Positions 1 through 10,611 of a stretch of 64,000 nt of DNA are shown here, piece by piece (the stretch's first letter is position 1; every line of letters begins with the position of its first letter). A program made the position numbers and the translations under genes. The notes below the pieces were generated by a model that saw only the letters and a list, made by a program, of their open reading frames with translations, was not told where the DNA came from and ran no database searches. This DNA is from an uncultured Gammaproteobacteria bacterium (GTDB lineage Bacteria; Pseudomonadota; Gammaproteobacteria; GCA-002705445; GCA-002716945), in assembly GCA_902535975.1 (NCBI GenBank), contig CACAVP010000003.1:2533-66532 (forward strand), in the 5' to 3' direction.

Positions 1-876
1 AAAACACCAACGATGGGAGGTTTGATTATCATAATATCTATAGTAATTTCTACAGTACTCTGGTCTGACTTAGGCAATCACTACATTCTATTATTATTAT
101 TTGGGATTCTTAGTTTTGGCTTAATTGGTTTTTATGATGACTATAAAAAATTAGTAGAGGGCAAAAGTGATGGAATCAAAGGAAGGTTGAAACTTTTTTT
201 TCAGATTATTTCAGCATCACTGATTACTATTTATTTATATGTCTTTATGGATACAGGAGATACAAGTTCTGTAATGCCATTTTTAAAAGACAACAGCATC
301 TACCTTGGAATTCTCTTTATACCCTGGTCAATTTTTATTCTTGTTGGCTCATCAAACGCAGTGAATTTAACTGACGGTTTAGATGGGTTAGCCATACTAC
401 CATGTATATTAATTGCATCTGCTTTTGTGATATTTGCTTATGTTCATGGGAATATAAATATATCAGAGTATTTACTGATACCCTATTTGGAAGGATCAGG
501 AGAGGTCGCTGTATTTGCTGCATCTCTCGTTGGGGCAGGCCTAGGTTTTCTATGGTTTAATTCATATCCAGCAGAAATATTCATGGGTGATTGCGGATCA
601 TTATCTCTAGGAAGTTCACTTGGCTTGCTTGCAATTATTCTTAAGCAGGAGCTTGCCTTTGCCATCATGAGCGGAATATTCATTGCTGAGGTATTGTCTG
701 TAATTATTCAGGTTATGTCATTCAAAATGAGAAAGGGTAAACGAGTTTTTAAGATGGCACCACTTCATCATCATTATGAGCTTTCAGGATTGTCAGAACC
801 CAAGATTATTATGAGATTTTGGATAGTCACATTCATTCTAGTCCTAATAGCTCTATCGACACTTAAAATACGATGA
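1..876 (+). CDS. mraY: Phospho-N-acetylmuramoyl-pentapeptide transferase MraY (5' end truncated by window edge)
   Basis: The reading frame is open to the window edge, and the ATG at 13 is internal because full MraY is about 360 aa. It is a polytopic membrane protein with NAVNLTDGLDGLA and APLHHHYE motifs. It is the first member of the mraY-murD-ftsW-murG chain. Confidence 0.93.
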   Translation, partial: KTPTMGGLIIIISIVISTVLWSDLGNHYILLLLFGILSFGLIGFYDDYKKLVEGKSDGIKGRLKLFFQIISASLITIYLYVFMDTGDTSSVMPFLKDNSIYLGILFIPWSIFILVGSSNAVNLTDGLDGLAILPCILIASAFVIFAYVHGNINISEYLLIPYLEGSGEVAVFAASLVGAGLGFLWFNSYPAEIFMGDCGSLSLGSSLGLLAIILKQELAFAIMSGIFIAEVLSVIIQVMSFKMRKGKRVFKMAPLHHHYELSGLSEPKIIMRFWIVTFILVLIALSTLKIR

Positions 877-2159
877 ATGTTTTTAAATCTTCATTTCTCA
901 TCATAGGCGAAGGGTTAACATTTGAGCATTGTAGTAACTTTTTTAAAAAAAATGACATAATGTATTACTCCACTTCTACAAATGATATTGTTGATATAGA
1001 TAATCGTAGGATTATATGTAAAAAGAAAAAGATTGATCTAGATAAAATTGATTATGCTGTTATAAGTCCAGGAATTCCTCCAACAAATCATGCATTACAA
1101 AAGCTAGCTTCTCTAGGATGTAAATTCACTACTGATATAGAAATCATTCAAAATCTATCTCAATCAAAGTTTATCTGTATAACAGGAACGAATGGTAAAA
1201 CATCAACAGTCAATCTTATAGCTGATATATTAAATGACAACGATATTAGTGCGATTGCGTGTGGGAATAATGGCATATCTGTTTTTGCGTCTCTTGAGAA
1301 TTCATATGATTACATTTTATTAGAACTTTCAAGTTATCAGTTAGAATACATAAATAAACTCAACTCTTTTATTTCAATTGTATTAAATTTATCTGAGGAT
1401 CATCTTGAAAGACATGCATCATTAGAAAATTACTTGGAGATCAAGGAAAAAATATTCAATCGTGCAAAACATAAATTAATACATAAAAATTTAGATTATC
1501 TTGATAAGTATTCAACATTCGAAGTAAGAGATGAAATGTTTTTAATTAATGATAATATTATCGATGGCTTGACTATAACAGACGATAATCATATTTCATA
1601 TTCTTTAAAATCTTATCTTATTGATGGTAGGCATGATTTACATAATTTATGTGCATCTATCTCAGCGCTTAACATCATTGGCCTGTCTTTAGAGAACATT
1701 CTTAGTTCTTTTGATAAGCGTCAGAGGCTTGGTCATAGAGTTGAAAAATTTCTCACTTTCAATGATATAAAATTTATAAATGACTCTAAATCAACTAATG
1801 CAGACTCAACAAGAAATGCATTAATGTCACTGGGAAATAATATAATTCTTATTATGGGAGGTGACACTAAAAAAATGTCTTACAAGATTCTTACTAAGCT
1901 GATAAATGATAAAGTAAAAATATTAATCATGATCGGAGATAACAAAGATGAACTTAACAAACTATTATCTGTTGATACAATTAAAATTTGTCATGAGGAG
2001 CTTGAAGATGCAATTTCATATATCTTTTCTGTGATGTCGCCAGGTGATACTGTTCTTATGTCACCAGGAACATCAAGTTATTGCATGTATGATAATTATC
2101 AGCATCGCGGTAATCACTTTAAAGAACTTATTAAAAAGTATGTTAGCCAACAGAATTAG
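873..2159 (+). CDS. murD: UDP-N-acetylmuramoylalanine--D-glutamate ligase
   Basis: 428-aa ORF with the Mur-ligase P-loop GTNGKTST. It has an ATGA overlap with mraY and sits in the canonical dcw position. Confidence 0.92.
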   Translation: MNVFKSSFLIIGEGLTFEHCSNFFKKNDIMYYSTSTNDIVDIDNRRIICKKKKIDLDKIDYAVISPGIPPTNHALQKLASLGCKFTTDIEIIQNLSQSKFICITGTNGKTSTVNLIADILNDNDISAIACGNNGISVFASLENSYDYILLELSSYQLEYINKLNSFISIVLNLSEDHLERHASLENYLEIKEKIFNRAKHKLIHKNLDYLDKYSTFEVRDEMFLINDNIIDGLTITDDNHISYSLKSYLIDGRHDLHNLCASISALNIIGLSLENILSSFDKRQRLGHRVEKFLTFNDIKFINDSKSTNADSTRNALMSLGNNIILIMGGDTKKMSYKILTKLINDKVKILIMIGDNKDELNKLLSVDTIKICHEELEDAISYIFSVMSPGDTVLMSPGTSSYCMYDNYQHRGNHFKELIKKYVSQQN

Positions 2160-3294
2160 AAATATTGTAGAGTTTTTCGATAGTAGAGGCCTTGATTCAC
2201 TTTTTTTAGCATGTGTAACGAGTCTAATTTTAATTGGTTTAATAATGGTTGCATCATCAACTGTCGATTTTGCTGCGGCTAAATTTTCCAATCCCCTTTT
2301 CTTCTTAAAAAAACATTTTATTTTTATAATACTGGGATTACTTGTCCTTAGTATTGTCGTACGCATTAAAGTTAAATTTTATTATGATTATGGACAGTAT
2401 TTTTTAATTCTCGCGATCATATTGTCTCTTTTAGTTCATGTACCAGGGCTAGGTAAAACTGTCAACGGCGCAACAAGGTGGATAGATCTAGGATTTTTTA
2501 CTCTACAAATATCTGAGATATCACGCCTCTTCTTCTTCTTGTGGTTGTCCGGCTATATTACAAGAAATGACTTCGATAAAAACTATCTTAAAGTATTTAT
2601 TTTTTTATCAATTTTGATGTTAGTGATAGTATCTCAAAGAGATTTCGGAAGTATGATTTTACTTTTTCTAGTATTTATTTCATTTTCTTTTTTATCAAAT
2701 CTCAGGATCATGAATCTTATAAAAATATTATCAATTTCAGTTCTACCAATATTCTTATTAGTATTCCTTTATCCTTACAGAGTGCAACGTGTGTTGGCAT
2801 TTATTGATCCATGGAGCGATCCTCAGGGTAGCGGATATCAAATCATTGCTTCCCAAATAGCCTTGTCCTCAGGAGGTCTTCTTGGACAGGGGCTTGGCTC
2901 CAGTACCCAAAAGTTGTTTTATTTACCAGAGCAATACAATGATTTCATTCTAGCTATCATTGGTGAGGAATTAGGTTTTATTTTCTTAGCAATACTTTTA
3001 ATACTTTATTTTTTGTTGTTTTCGAGAATTTTTATTTTTTACAAAAAGACATCTAAGATATCAGAATTCTCATCAAATATTATTTTATCAATTGTACTTC
3101 TAATGTTTGTTCAGACAATGATTCATATTTTAGTCAACATTGGCTTATTCCCAACAAAAGGAATGGGGCTACCTTTCATCAGTTATGGAGGAACAAATCT
3201 GTTGCTTATGTTTACTTACATAGGCATCCTTATCAGGATACAAATTGAGAATAAACAGACATTTAGTCAAGCTGTGTCAAATAATCAAAAATGA
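2140..3294 (+). CDS. ftsW: Cell division / peptidoglycan polymerase FtsW (SEDS family)
   Basis: Multi-TM SEDS-like protein with GLPFISYGGT near the C-terminus. I prefer ATG 2140 (MLANRIRN...) over the track start at 2044, which lies deep inside murD. Confidence 0.88.
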   Translation: MLANRIRNIVEFFDSRGLDSLFLACVTSLILIGLIMVASSTVDFAAAKFSNPLFFLKKHFIFIILGLLVLSIVVRIKVKFYYDYGQYFLILAIILSLLVHVPGLGKTVNGATRWIDLGFFTLQISEISRLFFFLWLSGYITRNDFDKNYLKVFIFLSILMLVIVSQRDFGSMILLFLVFISFSFLSNLRIMNLIKILSISVLPIFLLVFLYPYRVQRVLAFIDPWSDPQGSGYQIIASQIALSSGGLLGQGLGSSTQKLFYLPEQYNDFILAIIGEELGFIFLAILLILYFLLFSRIFIFYKKTSKISEFSSNIILSIVLLMFVQTMIHILVNIGLFPTKGMGLPFISYGGTNLLLMFTYIGILIRIQIENKQTFSQAVSNNQK

Positions 3295-4388
3295 AGCAAG
3301 ATATATTTATAGTTGCAAGCGGAACCGGCGGTCATGTAATTCCAGCTAAAAATATAGCGAGTCTACTGATTGATTCAGATTATACAATTACATGGATCGG
3401 GACGAAACGTGGAATAGAAAATAAAATTGTAAATGATAAGAGAATTAGTTTTAAATATTTAAATTCATCTGGGATCAGAGGCAAAAGTATTTTTCATAAG
3501 ATAAAAGGATCTATTAATCTTTTTAGATCTATAATTCAGAGTCTAATTCATATAAAGAAGGAAAAACCAATTTTTATGATAGGTTTTGGAGGATATATAA
3601 CTGTTCCAGTATCTATTGCTGCTTTTATTATGAGAGTACCAGTCTATGCTCACGAGTCTAACTCTATACCGGGAACAGCTAATAAGATTAATAATTTGAT
3701 ATCAAAAAGAACATTTCAAACATTTCCGGAGACGTTTTCAAAGAACAAGAAAATTATACATTCTGGTAATCCAATCCAAGAAAGTTTTTCCAACATAACT
3801 CGACCAGAGACAAAATATAGGAATAGAAAAGAAATATTAAACATACTTATATTTGGTGGAAGTCAAGGAGCAAGATTTTTTAATCAGATGATTCCAAAAT
3901 GTCTTTTAGAATATAGTAATAAATTTAGAATCAAGCATATTTCAGGTAACAAAGATTATGATTTAGTCGAAAAAATATACGATGATCTGCATATCTCATG
4001 TGATGTTTTGGAATTCTCCAATGAGATGGATTTGTTGTATGACTGGTCAGATATAATTATCTCCAGAGCAGGCTCAATGACATTAAGTGAAATCTGTAAA
4101 GCAGGAAGAGCAGCTATACTTGTACCATACCGGTTTGCAACGGATAGACACCAATATTTCAACGCTAAATTCTTAGAATCAAGCTCAGCTGCTATTATTA
4201 TTGAGGAAAATAATAGTTTTTCTTCGGAGCTAGGTAATTCTCTAGGCAAGTTATACAGTGATCAGGGACTTTTATTGAAATTGTCTAAAAATAGTAAAAA
4301 TCTTTTTCCGGAGGATTCCAGTGCTATAATTCTAAAGAATATCCCTGAACTTAATGAAAAACTCAATAACACAACATCTCAAAAATAA
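3291..4388 (+). CDS. murG: UDP-N-acetylglucosamine--N-acetylmuramyl-(pentapeptide) pyrophosphoryl-undecaprenol GlcNAc transferase
   Basis: 365 aa with the N-terminal GTGGHV motif. It overlaps ftsW by 4 nt and is in the dcw position. Confidence 0.92.
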   Translation: MKQDIFIVASGTGGHVIPAKNIASLLIDSDYTITWIGTKRGIENKIVNDKRISFKYLNSSGIRGKSIFHKIKGSINLFRSIIQSLIHIKKEKPIFMIGFGGYITVPVSIAAFIMRVPVYAHESNSIPGTANKINNLISKRTFQTFPETFSKNKKIIHSGNPIQESFSNITRPETKYRNRKEILNILIFGGSQGARFFNQMIPKCLLEYSNKFRIKHISGNKDYDLVEKIYDDLHISCDVLEFSNEMDLLYDWSDIIISRAGSMTLSEICKAGRAAILVPYRFATDRHQYFNAKFLESSSAAIIIEENNSFSSELGNSLGKLYSDQGLLLKLSKNSKNLFPEDSSAIILKNIPELNEKLNNTTSQK

Positions 4389-5748
4389 ATCCTTCTTTTT
4401 AATAGGCATCGGTGGTTCAGGAATGATGGGTATTGCCGAACTACTTCATAACCTTGGATTCACAGTCAGAGGTTCCGATGTACAAGAGAATAATGCAATT
4501 AAGAGATTGCGGAAAATGAAAATAAAAATATTCATTGGTCACGACTCCAAGAATATAAATCTAAAGGATATAGTGGTATTTTCGAATGCTATCCAAAAAA
4601 GCAATATTGAGCTTAAGTTTTCTCGTAAAAATAACTTAACTGTTCTGAGCCGTATGCAGATTCTAGCGGAACTTATGAGACTAAAATATGGAATATCCAT
4701 TACGGGATCGCATGGCAAAACAACAACTACCAGTTTACTTAGTCACATTATGTATAAAAATAAATTAGATCCTACATATTTGATCGGGGGTAAATTAAAA
4801 ACCGATGATCCACATGTGAAACTAGGTAATAGTCACTATCTTGTCACCGAAACAGACGAGAGTGACCCAAGCTTTTCTAAATTGTCACCACACTTAGTTG
4901 TTCTGACAAACTTAGATAGGGAACACTTAGATAATTATAACAATAGCTATAGCAAACTCGAGTCTTCGATCTTAGAACTGATGAATTCTATTCCTTTCTA
5001 CGGAAAAGTGTTTATTAATGGTGATGACAAGAATTCGGTAAAGCTATTGAAAAAGATTAATCGAGGTGTTTGCACTTATGGACTTAAGAAAAAAAATAAT
5101 ATAGTAGCAGAATCTATAAAATATGTAGATGGAAAAAAAATGCAGTTTAATGTAATTTTTTCTAAAAGCACTTATAGAGTGTCTACTAATTTACTAGGTA
5201 AACATAATGTATATAACATTCTCTCTGCTATATCTGTTTGTCTACACCTTGGTATACCTATAGCTAAAACCATCAAATCATTAAACAGTTTTTTTGGTGC
5301 AAGTCGAAGATTTGATGTCTATGAGGATATTTCCATTAACAAATATAAGCCAACCATTGTTGATGATTACGGTCACCATCCAACAGAAATAAATTCTACT
5401 TTAGATACTATTAATAAATTATACCCAAATAAAAAAATAGTAATGATTTTCCAACCACACCGATTTTCAAGGACAAAAGCATATTGGCGATTATTTCTAG
5501 ATGTATTTAAATCACTGGATCGCATTATTTTACTCCCAACTTACGCAGCTGGTGAGAAAAATAATTCATATGATTCATCTTTTATTTTTCAGAAAATTAC
5601 AAATAAAAATAAAACTTTGCTTGAATCAATTGATCAAGTTAAAAATGTTTTAAAAAATATTAATTTTAATAATTCCGTATTAGTTCTTCAGGGAGCTGGT
5701 GATATAAAAGATATAATAAACATTCTCAAAAGAAAAGATGATTGTTAA
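4354..5748 (+). CDS. murC: UDP-N-acetylmuramate--L-alanine ligase
   Basis: 464 aa with GIGGSGMMGIAE and GSHGKTTTT motifs, in the dcw position. Confidence 0.93.
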   Translation: MKNSITQHLKNKSFFLIGIGGSGMMGIAELLHNLGFTVRGSDVQENNAIKRLRKMKIKIFIGHDSKNINLKDIVVFSNAIQKSNIELKFSRKNNLTVLSRMQILAELMRLKYGISITGSHGKTTTTSLLSHIMYKNKLDPTYLIGGKLKTDDPHVKLGNSHYLVTETDESDPSFSKLSPHLVVLTNLDREHLDNYNNSYSKLESSILELMNSIPFYGKVFINGDDKNSVKLLKKINRGVCTYGLKKKNNIVAESIKYVDGKKMQFNVIFSKSTYRVSTNLLGKHNVYNILSAISVCLHLGIPIAKTIKSLNSFFGASRRFDVYEDISINKYKPTIVDDYGHHPTEINSTLDTINKLYPNKKIVMIFQPHRFSRTKAYWRLFLDVFKSLDRIILLPTYAAGEKNNSYDSSFIFQKITNKNKTLLESIDQVKNVLKNINFNNSVLVLQGAGDIKDIINILKRKDDC

Positions 5749-6571
5749 AAAAATATACCCTTTAAAAAAAATTACTACTATCGGCCTTGGCGGTCATTGC
5801 AAAGAATTTATATGTCCAGAGGATGAGGCAGAGCTGATGCGGATTATCAGTAAAGATCCACTATTAATAGGCAATGGGTCTAATATATGTTTCATAACAG
5901 AATTCTATGATCGATCTATTGTAAGTCTAAAAAGAATGAAAAAATATATCCATCTTGATAATAAGTATATCTCTTGCTCTAGTAATGTTTCGTGTACAGG
6001 ATTAGCAAGATATCTCCATAATAACAGACAACCAGGCTATGAATTTTTATATGGTATCCCAGGTACAATTGCCGGAGCCGTATCAATGAATGCTGGTGCA
6101 TTTGAGAGAGAGATAATGCCTTATGTGTACAGTTTAGATTTATTAAATGAGAATGGAGAGATTTATACATTGAAGAACAACGATATGTCCTACTCATATA
6201 GGACATCAAACATTAACAAAAAGTCTATTATAATATCGGTTAAACTGCACAAACAAACAACAGATTTTGATATAAACCTTCTTAATTTGCTCAATCAAAA
6301 AAGAAAAATCAGTCAGCCAGTAAATCAGCTGTCGTGTGGCTGTATATTTAAAAATCCACCGGGAGATTATGCTGCTCGACTAATTGATAGCGCACAATTA
6401 AAGGGTTCTCGCGCTGGAGGAATATATATTTCTCACAAACATTCAAATTATTTTATTAACGATGGTGCAGGCACTTATGAGGATTTTCTAGTTTTATTAA
6501 GACGAGTCAAAGAGGTAATAGCATCTGAGTTTAGTATAAAACTTGATGAGGAAGTAATTCTTTTAAAATGA
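5738..6571 (+). CDS. murB: UDP-N-acetylenolpyruvoylglucosamine reductase
   Basis: 277 aa with the overall MurB pattern (N-terminal FAD-binding region, C-terminal GCIFKNP). It lies between murC and ddl. Confidence 0.88.
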   Translation: MIVKKIYPLKKITTIGLGGHCKEFICPEDEAELMRIISKDPLLIGNGSNICFITEFYDRSIVSLKRMKKYIHLDNKYISCSSNVSCTGLARYLHNNRQPGYEFLYGIPGTIAGAVSMNAGAFEREIMPYVYSLDLLNENGEIYTLKNNDMSYSYRTSNINKKSIIISVKLHKQTTDFDINLLNLLNQKRKISQPVNQLSCGCIFKNPPGDYAARLIDSAQLKGSRAGGIYISHKHSNYFINDGAGTYEDFLVLLRRVKEVIASEFSIKLDEEVILLK

Positions 6572-7470
6572 ATAAAGATTCTAATATTTGTGTTTTGGGA
6601 GGCGGCTGGTCTAATGAAAGAGAAATTTCTCTGAAAAGTTCTAAAGATGTATATAAAACTCTTTTGGAAAATAAACATAATGTTGTCTTATTTGATATAA
6701 AAAGAGATTCATATGATGATCTGAAATCCTTTTTACGAAATAACTCTATAGATCTAGTGTTTAACCTTGTTCATGGTGAGGGTGGTGAAGATGGAAAAAT
6801 ACAAAGTTATTTAGATGATATTGATATAAAGTACTGTGGCTCTAACTCTCACTCTTCATCCCTATCATTTAATAAGTACAAGACGAAGAAGATATGGAGA
6901 GAACATAATCTAATAACCCCAGATTTTGAGATTTACTCAGATCAGACTTATGAAGAGTTGACTAAATCTTATGGAAATACATTTTTCATAAAAGACACAT
7001 GTTCGGGCTCAAGTAATAACATTTTTCAAATTAAGAATAATGATGATTTCGATATTTTTATTAAAAACAAAAGTAATAGAGAGTTTATGATAGAGAAAAA
7101 AATATCATCTGATGAGTATACAGCTGCTATCCTAAATAATAAGGTTCTCCCAATTATAAAGATCGTTCCCTCTAATGAATTCTATGATTTTGATGCCAAA
7201 TATAAATCAGATGAAACAAAATTCTTATTTCCAGAACTAAATCAAGAGATACTTAGCCTAATTAGTGATCAAGTCATAAAGTCATTTAATGCTCTTGGAT
7301 GTGAGACATGGGCAAGAGTTGATTTTTTTATCAATAACAATTCCATAATTTTACTCGAGATTAACACAATACCGGGTATGACAGATCATAGCCTAGTACC
7401 TAAAGCAGCAAGCAAATATGGTCTGAGCTATTATCAACTAGTTCTGGAAATAATGGGTATCGATGCCTAA
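6568..7470 (+). CDS. ddl: D-alanine--D-alanine ligase
   Basis: 300-aa ATP-grasp protein (VLGGGWSNEREISL, EINTIPGMT) in the dcw position. Confidence 0.92.
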   Translation: MNKDSNICVLGGGWSNEREISLKSSKDVYKTLLENKHNVVLFDIKRDSYDDLKSFLRNNSIDLVFNLVHGEGGEDGKIQSYLDDIDIKYCGSNSHSSSLSFNKYKTKKIWREHNLITPDFEIYSDQTYEELTKSYGNTFFIKDTCSGSSNNIFQIKNNDDFDIFIKNKSNREFMIEKKISSDEYTAAILNNKVLPIIKIVPSNEFYDFDAKYKSDETKFLFPELNQEILSLISDQVIKSFNALGCETWARVDFFINNNSIILLEINTIPGMTDHSLVPKAASKYGLSYYQLVLEIMGIDA

Positions 7471-8107
7471 AATTATACTCATAACAATTTTTTTTCTTAT
7501 AAGTCTTATCTTGTATATATCAGACTACTTTGTTTTTCCCATTGAAAAAATTGAAATAACATCGACTAGCTCTAGTTACGACAATGAGAAAATTAACGAT
7601 ATAGTTCTCTCAATTCAAGGCCAAGATCTACTGTCACTTGACTTAAGTGATATAAAAAGAAAAATAAGGTCAGATGGCTGGATAAAAGATGTTGAAGTAA
7701 AAAAATCTTTTCCAGATAGACTAGAAATAATTATCATACCTCAAAAACCATATGCTATTTATAATGCAAAAATTTTGATGACAGATGGTGATCTTATAGA
7801 AGCCTCAACACTACCTCAAGACTTACCAATTATAATCGATCACACACATAATAGCTTAACCTCAATGAATATCATGGTCCTTACTAGTAAACTTTTACAA
7901 AAAATCGATCTAGATGTTAAAAAAATTGAAATTCATAATTCTCTAATTGAAGTTTTTACATCGACAAATATCTTAATATCTGACAGAGATAATTATGAGG
8001 AAAATCTTAATAGACTAGTAGTTTCATTTTCGGACCTTCAGAGGGTGTTTAAAAGAGATATTAAATCGATTGATATGAGATATTCCAATGGTTTTGCTAT
8101 CAAATAA
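7463..8107 (+). CDS. ftsQ: Cell division protein FtsQ
   Basis: 214 aa with a single N-terminal TM helix followed by a POTRA-like region. It lies between ddl and ftsA. Confidence 0.8.
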   Translation: MPKIILITIFFLISLILYISDYFVFPIEKIEITSTSSSYDNEKINDIVLSIQGQDLLSLDLSDIKRKIRSDGWIKDVEVKKSFPDRLEIIIIPQKPYAIYNAKILMTDGDLIEASTLPQDLPIIIDHTHNSLTSMNIMVLTSKLLQKIDLDVKKIEIHNSLIEVFTSTNILISDRDNYEENLNRLVVSFSDLQRVFKRDIKSIDMRYSNGFAIK

Positions 8108-8134
8108 GAGCTTAAATGAGATATAATATTTCTA

Positions 8135-9379
8135 ATGAGTAATGTTAAAAGCACGGACACTCTTGTTGCATTAGACATAGGTACATCTAAAGTATTATGT
8201 CTCGTGGCCGACATTGATGATAAGGGAGAATTAAGGATCATAGGTATCGGCAATGAGCCATGTAGCGGCCTGAATAAGGGTGTTATTTCTGAGATAGATG
8301 CAACTGTATCAAGTATTCGACGAGCAAAAGAGAAAGCTAGCTCAATGTCTACCTGTAATATTCAGTCTGTAACTACAGGAATTGCTGGTAATCATATACA
8401 AAGTTACAACGGAAACGGCGCAGTGAATATTCTTAACGATGAAGTCACCTCTGAAGATAAAGAAAAAGTTCTAAATAACGCACAAAATATTCAGATTCCT
8501 AAAGATCAAGAGATACTTCATTCCATAGAACAACACTATACTATTGATGGGCAGTCAGGCATAAGGGAGCCCCTAGGCATGGCAGGAGCAAGATTAGAGG
8601 CAAATGTTCATATTATTACTACATCATCTACTGCTAAAAGAAATTTAACTAAGTGTATAAATAACAGTTTATTAGAGATCGATGACTATGTTCTTCAACC
8701 GGTGGCCTCTAGTGAGGCTGTTCTGTCTAATGAAGAACGTGATTTAGGTGTTTGTCTCATTGATATCGGCTGCGGGACAACTGACATAGCCATTTTCACA
8801 GAAGGTACTATTAAACATACTGCAGTTATTCCAATTGGTAGTCAGATGATTACGAATGATATAAGAATAATATTATGTACATCATTAGATGCAGCTGAAG
8901 AGATCAAAATACAATACGGTTGTGTTTCATCAGATATTGATACGGATTTGAAAATTCCTGTCCCTTCAGTATCTGATAAGCCAGATACTGAAACAACAAG
9001 AACCATTCTGTCACAAATTATTTCAGCGAGAGTCAATGAAATATTTGATTCGATACAGAAAGAAATCACCAACAGTGGTTATTCAAGCAAGATAAGAGCC
9101 GGAATAGTCTTTACAGGGGGAGGAGCAAAACTCGAGGGATTAGACAGTTTTGCGGAATCCTATTTTCAAAAACCATCAAGAATAGGATCTCCAAAATCAA
9201 TAAAGGGTCTTGAGGATCTTCGTGGAAAAACTAGATATTCTACAGCTGTTGGACTACTTTTATACAGGCATAAGGAGCTTAGCTTAATGTCTGCAAAAAA
9301 TAAATATACTTCCAGGATTGGCTCTATGCTTGACAGATATGCTAAGAAGCTTTCTGATTACTTTCAAAAAGAACTTTAA
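8135..9379 (+). CDS. ftsA: Cell division protein FtsA
   Basis: 414-aa actin-fold protein with ALDIGTSK, DIGCGTTDIA and FTGGGAKLEG motifs. Confidence 0.93.
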   Translation: MSNVKSTDTLVALDIGTSKVLCLVADIDDKGELRIIGIGNEPCSGLNKGVISEIDATVSSIRRAKEKASSMSTCNIQSVTTGIAGNHIQSYNGNGAVNILNDEVTSEDKEKVLNNAQNIQIPKDQEILHSIEQHYTIDGQSGIREPLGMAGARLEANVHIITTSSTAKRNLTKCINNSLLEIDDYVLQPVASSEAVLSNEERDLGVCLIDIGCGTTDIAIFTEGTIKHTAVIPIGSQMITNDIRIILCTSLDAAEEIKIQYGCVSSDIDTDLKIPVPSVSDKPDTETTRTILSQIISARVNEIFDSIQKEITNSGYSSKIRAGIVFTGGGAKLEGLDSFAESYFQKPSRIGSPKSIKGLEDLRGKTRYSTAVGLLLYRHKELSLMSAKNKYTSRIGSMLDRYAKKLSDYFQKEL

Positions 9380-9408
9380 TCATTGTATTATTGTCTAATT
9401 ATTATGAT

Positions 9409-9437
9409 TTGTAAGATTTATGACATTTTGATAGAAT
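9409..9437 (+). promoter_or_regulatory. Candidate sigma70 promoter for lpxC: -35 TTGTAA (9409-9414), 17-nt spacer, -10 TAGAAT (9432-9437)
   Basis: The hexamers were read directly from the sequence. The -10 ends 6 nt before the lpxC ATG and no Shine-Dalgarno is visible. The AT-rich background makes chance matches possible. Confidence 0.35.
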
Positions 9438-9443
9438 TTCGGT

Positions 9444-10352
9444 ATGTTAAAGCAGAGAACATTATCTAGCAGCATAACCGCTACGGGCGTAGGTCTACAT
9501 ACCGGCAAAAAAATTAATTTGAGAATTAATCCTGGGCAACCAGATAGAGGGATAGTGTTTATCCGCACTGATGTGACAAGTGAGCCTATCACGGCATCTT
9601 TAAAAAATGTTCATGACACAAGACTTTCTACTACAATTTCAAATGGCAGTGCTTCTGTATCAACAGTAGAGCATTTATTATCTGCATTAGCTGGTTTAGG
9701 TATTGATAATGCTACTATTGAATTGGATGGACCAGAAGTTCCTATAATGGACGGTAGCTCGCGTCCATTTGTTTTTCTTATACAGTCAGCAGGTATTAGC
9801 GAACAAAATCACCCTAAGAAATTTATAAAAATTACAAAAGATATTCAAGTTAAGCAAAATGATAAATGGGCTAAAATTGAGCCGTTTGATGGATTCAAGG
9901 TTGCTTTTACTATCGACTTTGACCATCCTTCTTTTCCTAAAGAAACCCAAACTTCAACCATAGACTTTTCAACAATTTCCTATTTAAGCCAAGTAAGTCG
10001 AGCAAGAACTTTTGGCTTTGCAAAGGATATAGAGAATTTGAGAAAAAATAACTTAGCACTGGGTGGGAGTGTTAATAATGCAATCGTAATAGACGATTAT
10101 AAAATCGTTAATGAAGATGGACTGAGATACAAGGATGAGTTTGTAAAACATAAAATACTTGATGCAATTGGAGACTTATACCTTCTTGGACATAGCTTAA
10201 TCGGATCTTTCTCTGCATTTAAGTCAGGTCATCATCTGAATAACCTCTTGCTTCGTGAACTTGTCAATAATGAAAATGCATGGGAACAAGTAATCATTGA
10301 GGACGAAGATAAGACACCGATATTATTTACTCATGTTACTGAGTCTATTTGA
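9444..10352 (+). CDS. lpxC: UDP-3-O-acyl-N-acetylglucosamine deacetylase
   Basis: 302 aa, with the N-terminal MLKQRTL...GVGLHTG and [13 protein letters not shown] motifs typical of LpxC. Confidence 0.93.
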   Translation: MLKQRTLSSSITATGVGLHTGKKINLRINPGQPDRGIVFIRTDVTSEPITASLKNVHDTRLSTTISNGSASVSTVEHLLSALAGLGIDNATIELDGPEVPIMDGSSRPFVFLIQSAGISEQNHPKKFIKITKDIQVKQNDKWAKIEPFDGFKVAFTIDFDHPSFPKETQTSTIDFSTISYLSQVSRARTFGFAKDIENLRKNNLALGGSVNNAIVIDDYKIVNEDGLRYKDEFVKHKILDAIGDLYLLGHSLIGSFSAFKSGHHLNNLLLRELVNNENAWEQVIIEDEDKTPILFTHVTESI

Positions 10353-10611
10353 TCTTAATCTTTAAATCCTGAATATTATATAAACCATGATTTTTGAATA
10401 TTTCTAAATATTTCTCTCTCTCGAATTTAAGTATTGAACCAACAGAACTACTCTCACACTCAATAGTTATATAAGTCTCAGAATAGTTAATCACATGAAT
10501 TTTATGTTTCATATGATCATCAGATACATTGACAAGGATCTCATCTAACTCATCAATAATCTCTTTCTTCTTGAGTATTTTATTAGGTATATAATCGGAT
10601 ATCTTTTTCAT
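10345..10611 (-). CDS. Small DUF721/DciA-like protein (tentative)
   Basis: ORF of 88-98 aa, divergent from secA. Its overall pattern and its lpxC/secA neighbourhood recall DUF721 (DciA helicase-operator) proteins of DnaC-less gammaproteobacteria. I prefer the start at 10611 (MKKISDY) to 10641. Confidence 0.45.
   Translation of the reverse strand: MKKISDYIPNKILKKKEIIDELDEILVNVSDDHMKHKIHVINYSETYITIECESSSVGSILKFEREKYLEIFKNHGLYNIQDLKIKIK

Noticed and set aside
2044-2139. Upstream extensions of track ORFs into the preceding gene: ftsW from 2044, queC from 29638, yqaA-like from 49294, surE from 47899, argJ from 13222, yeeE from GTG 30385
   Set aside because: The extensions add non-homologous residues before canonical N-termini. 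Internal starts give short overlaps or SD-supported starts typical of the rest of the window.
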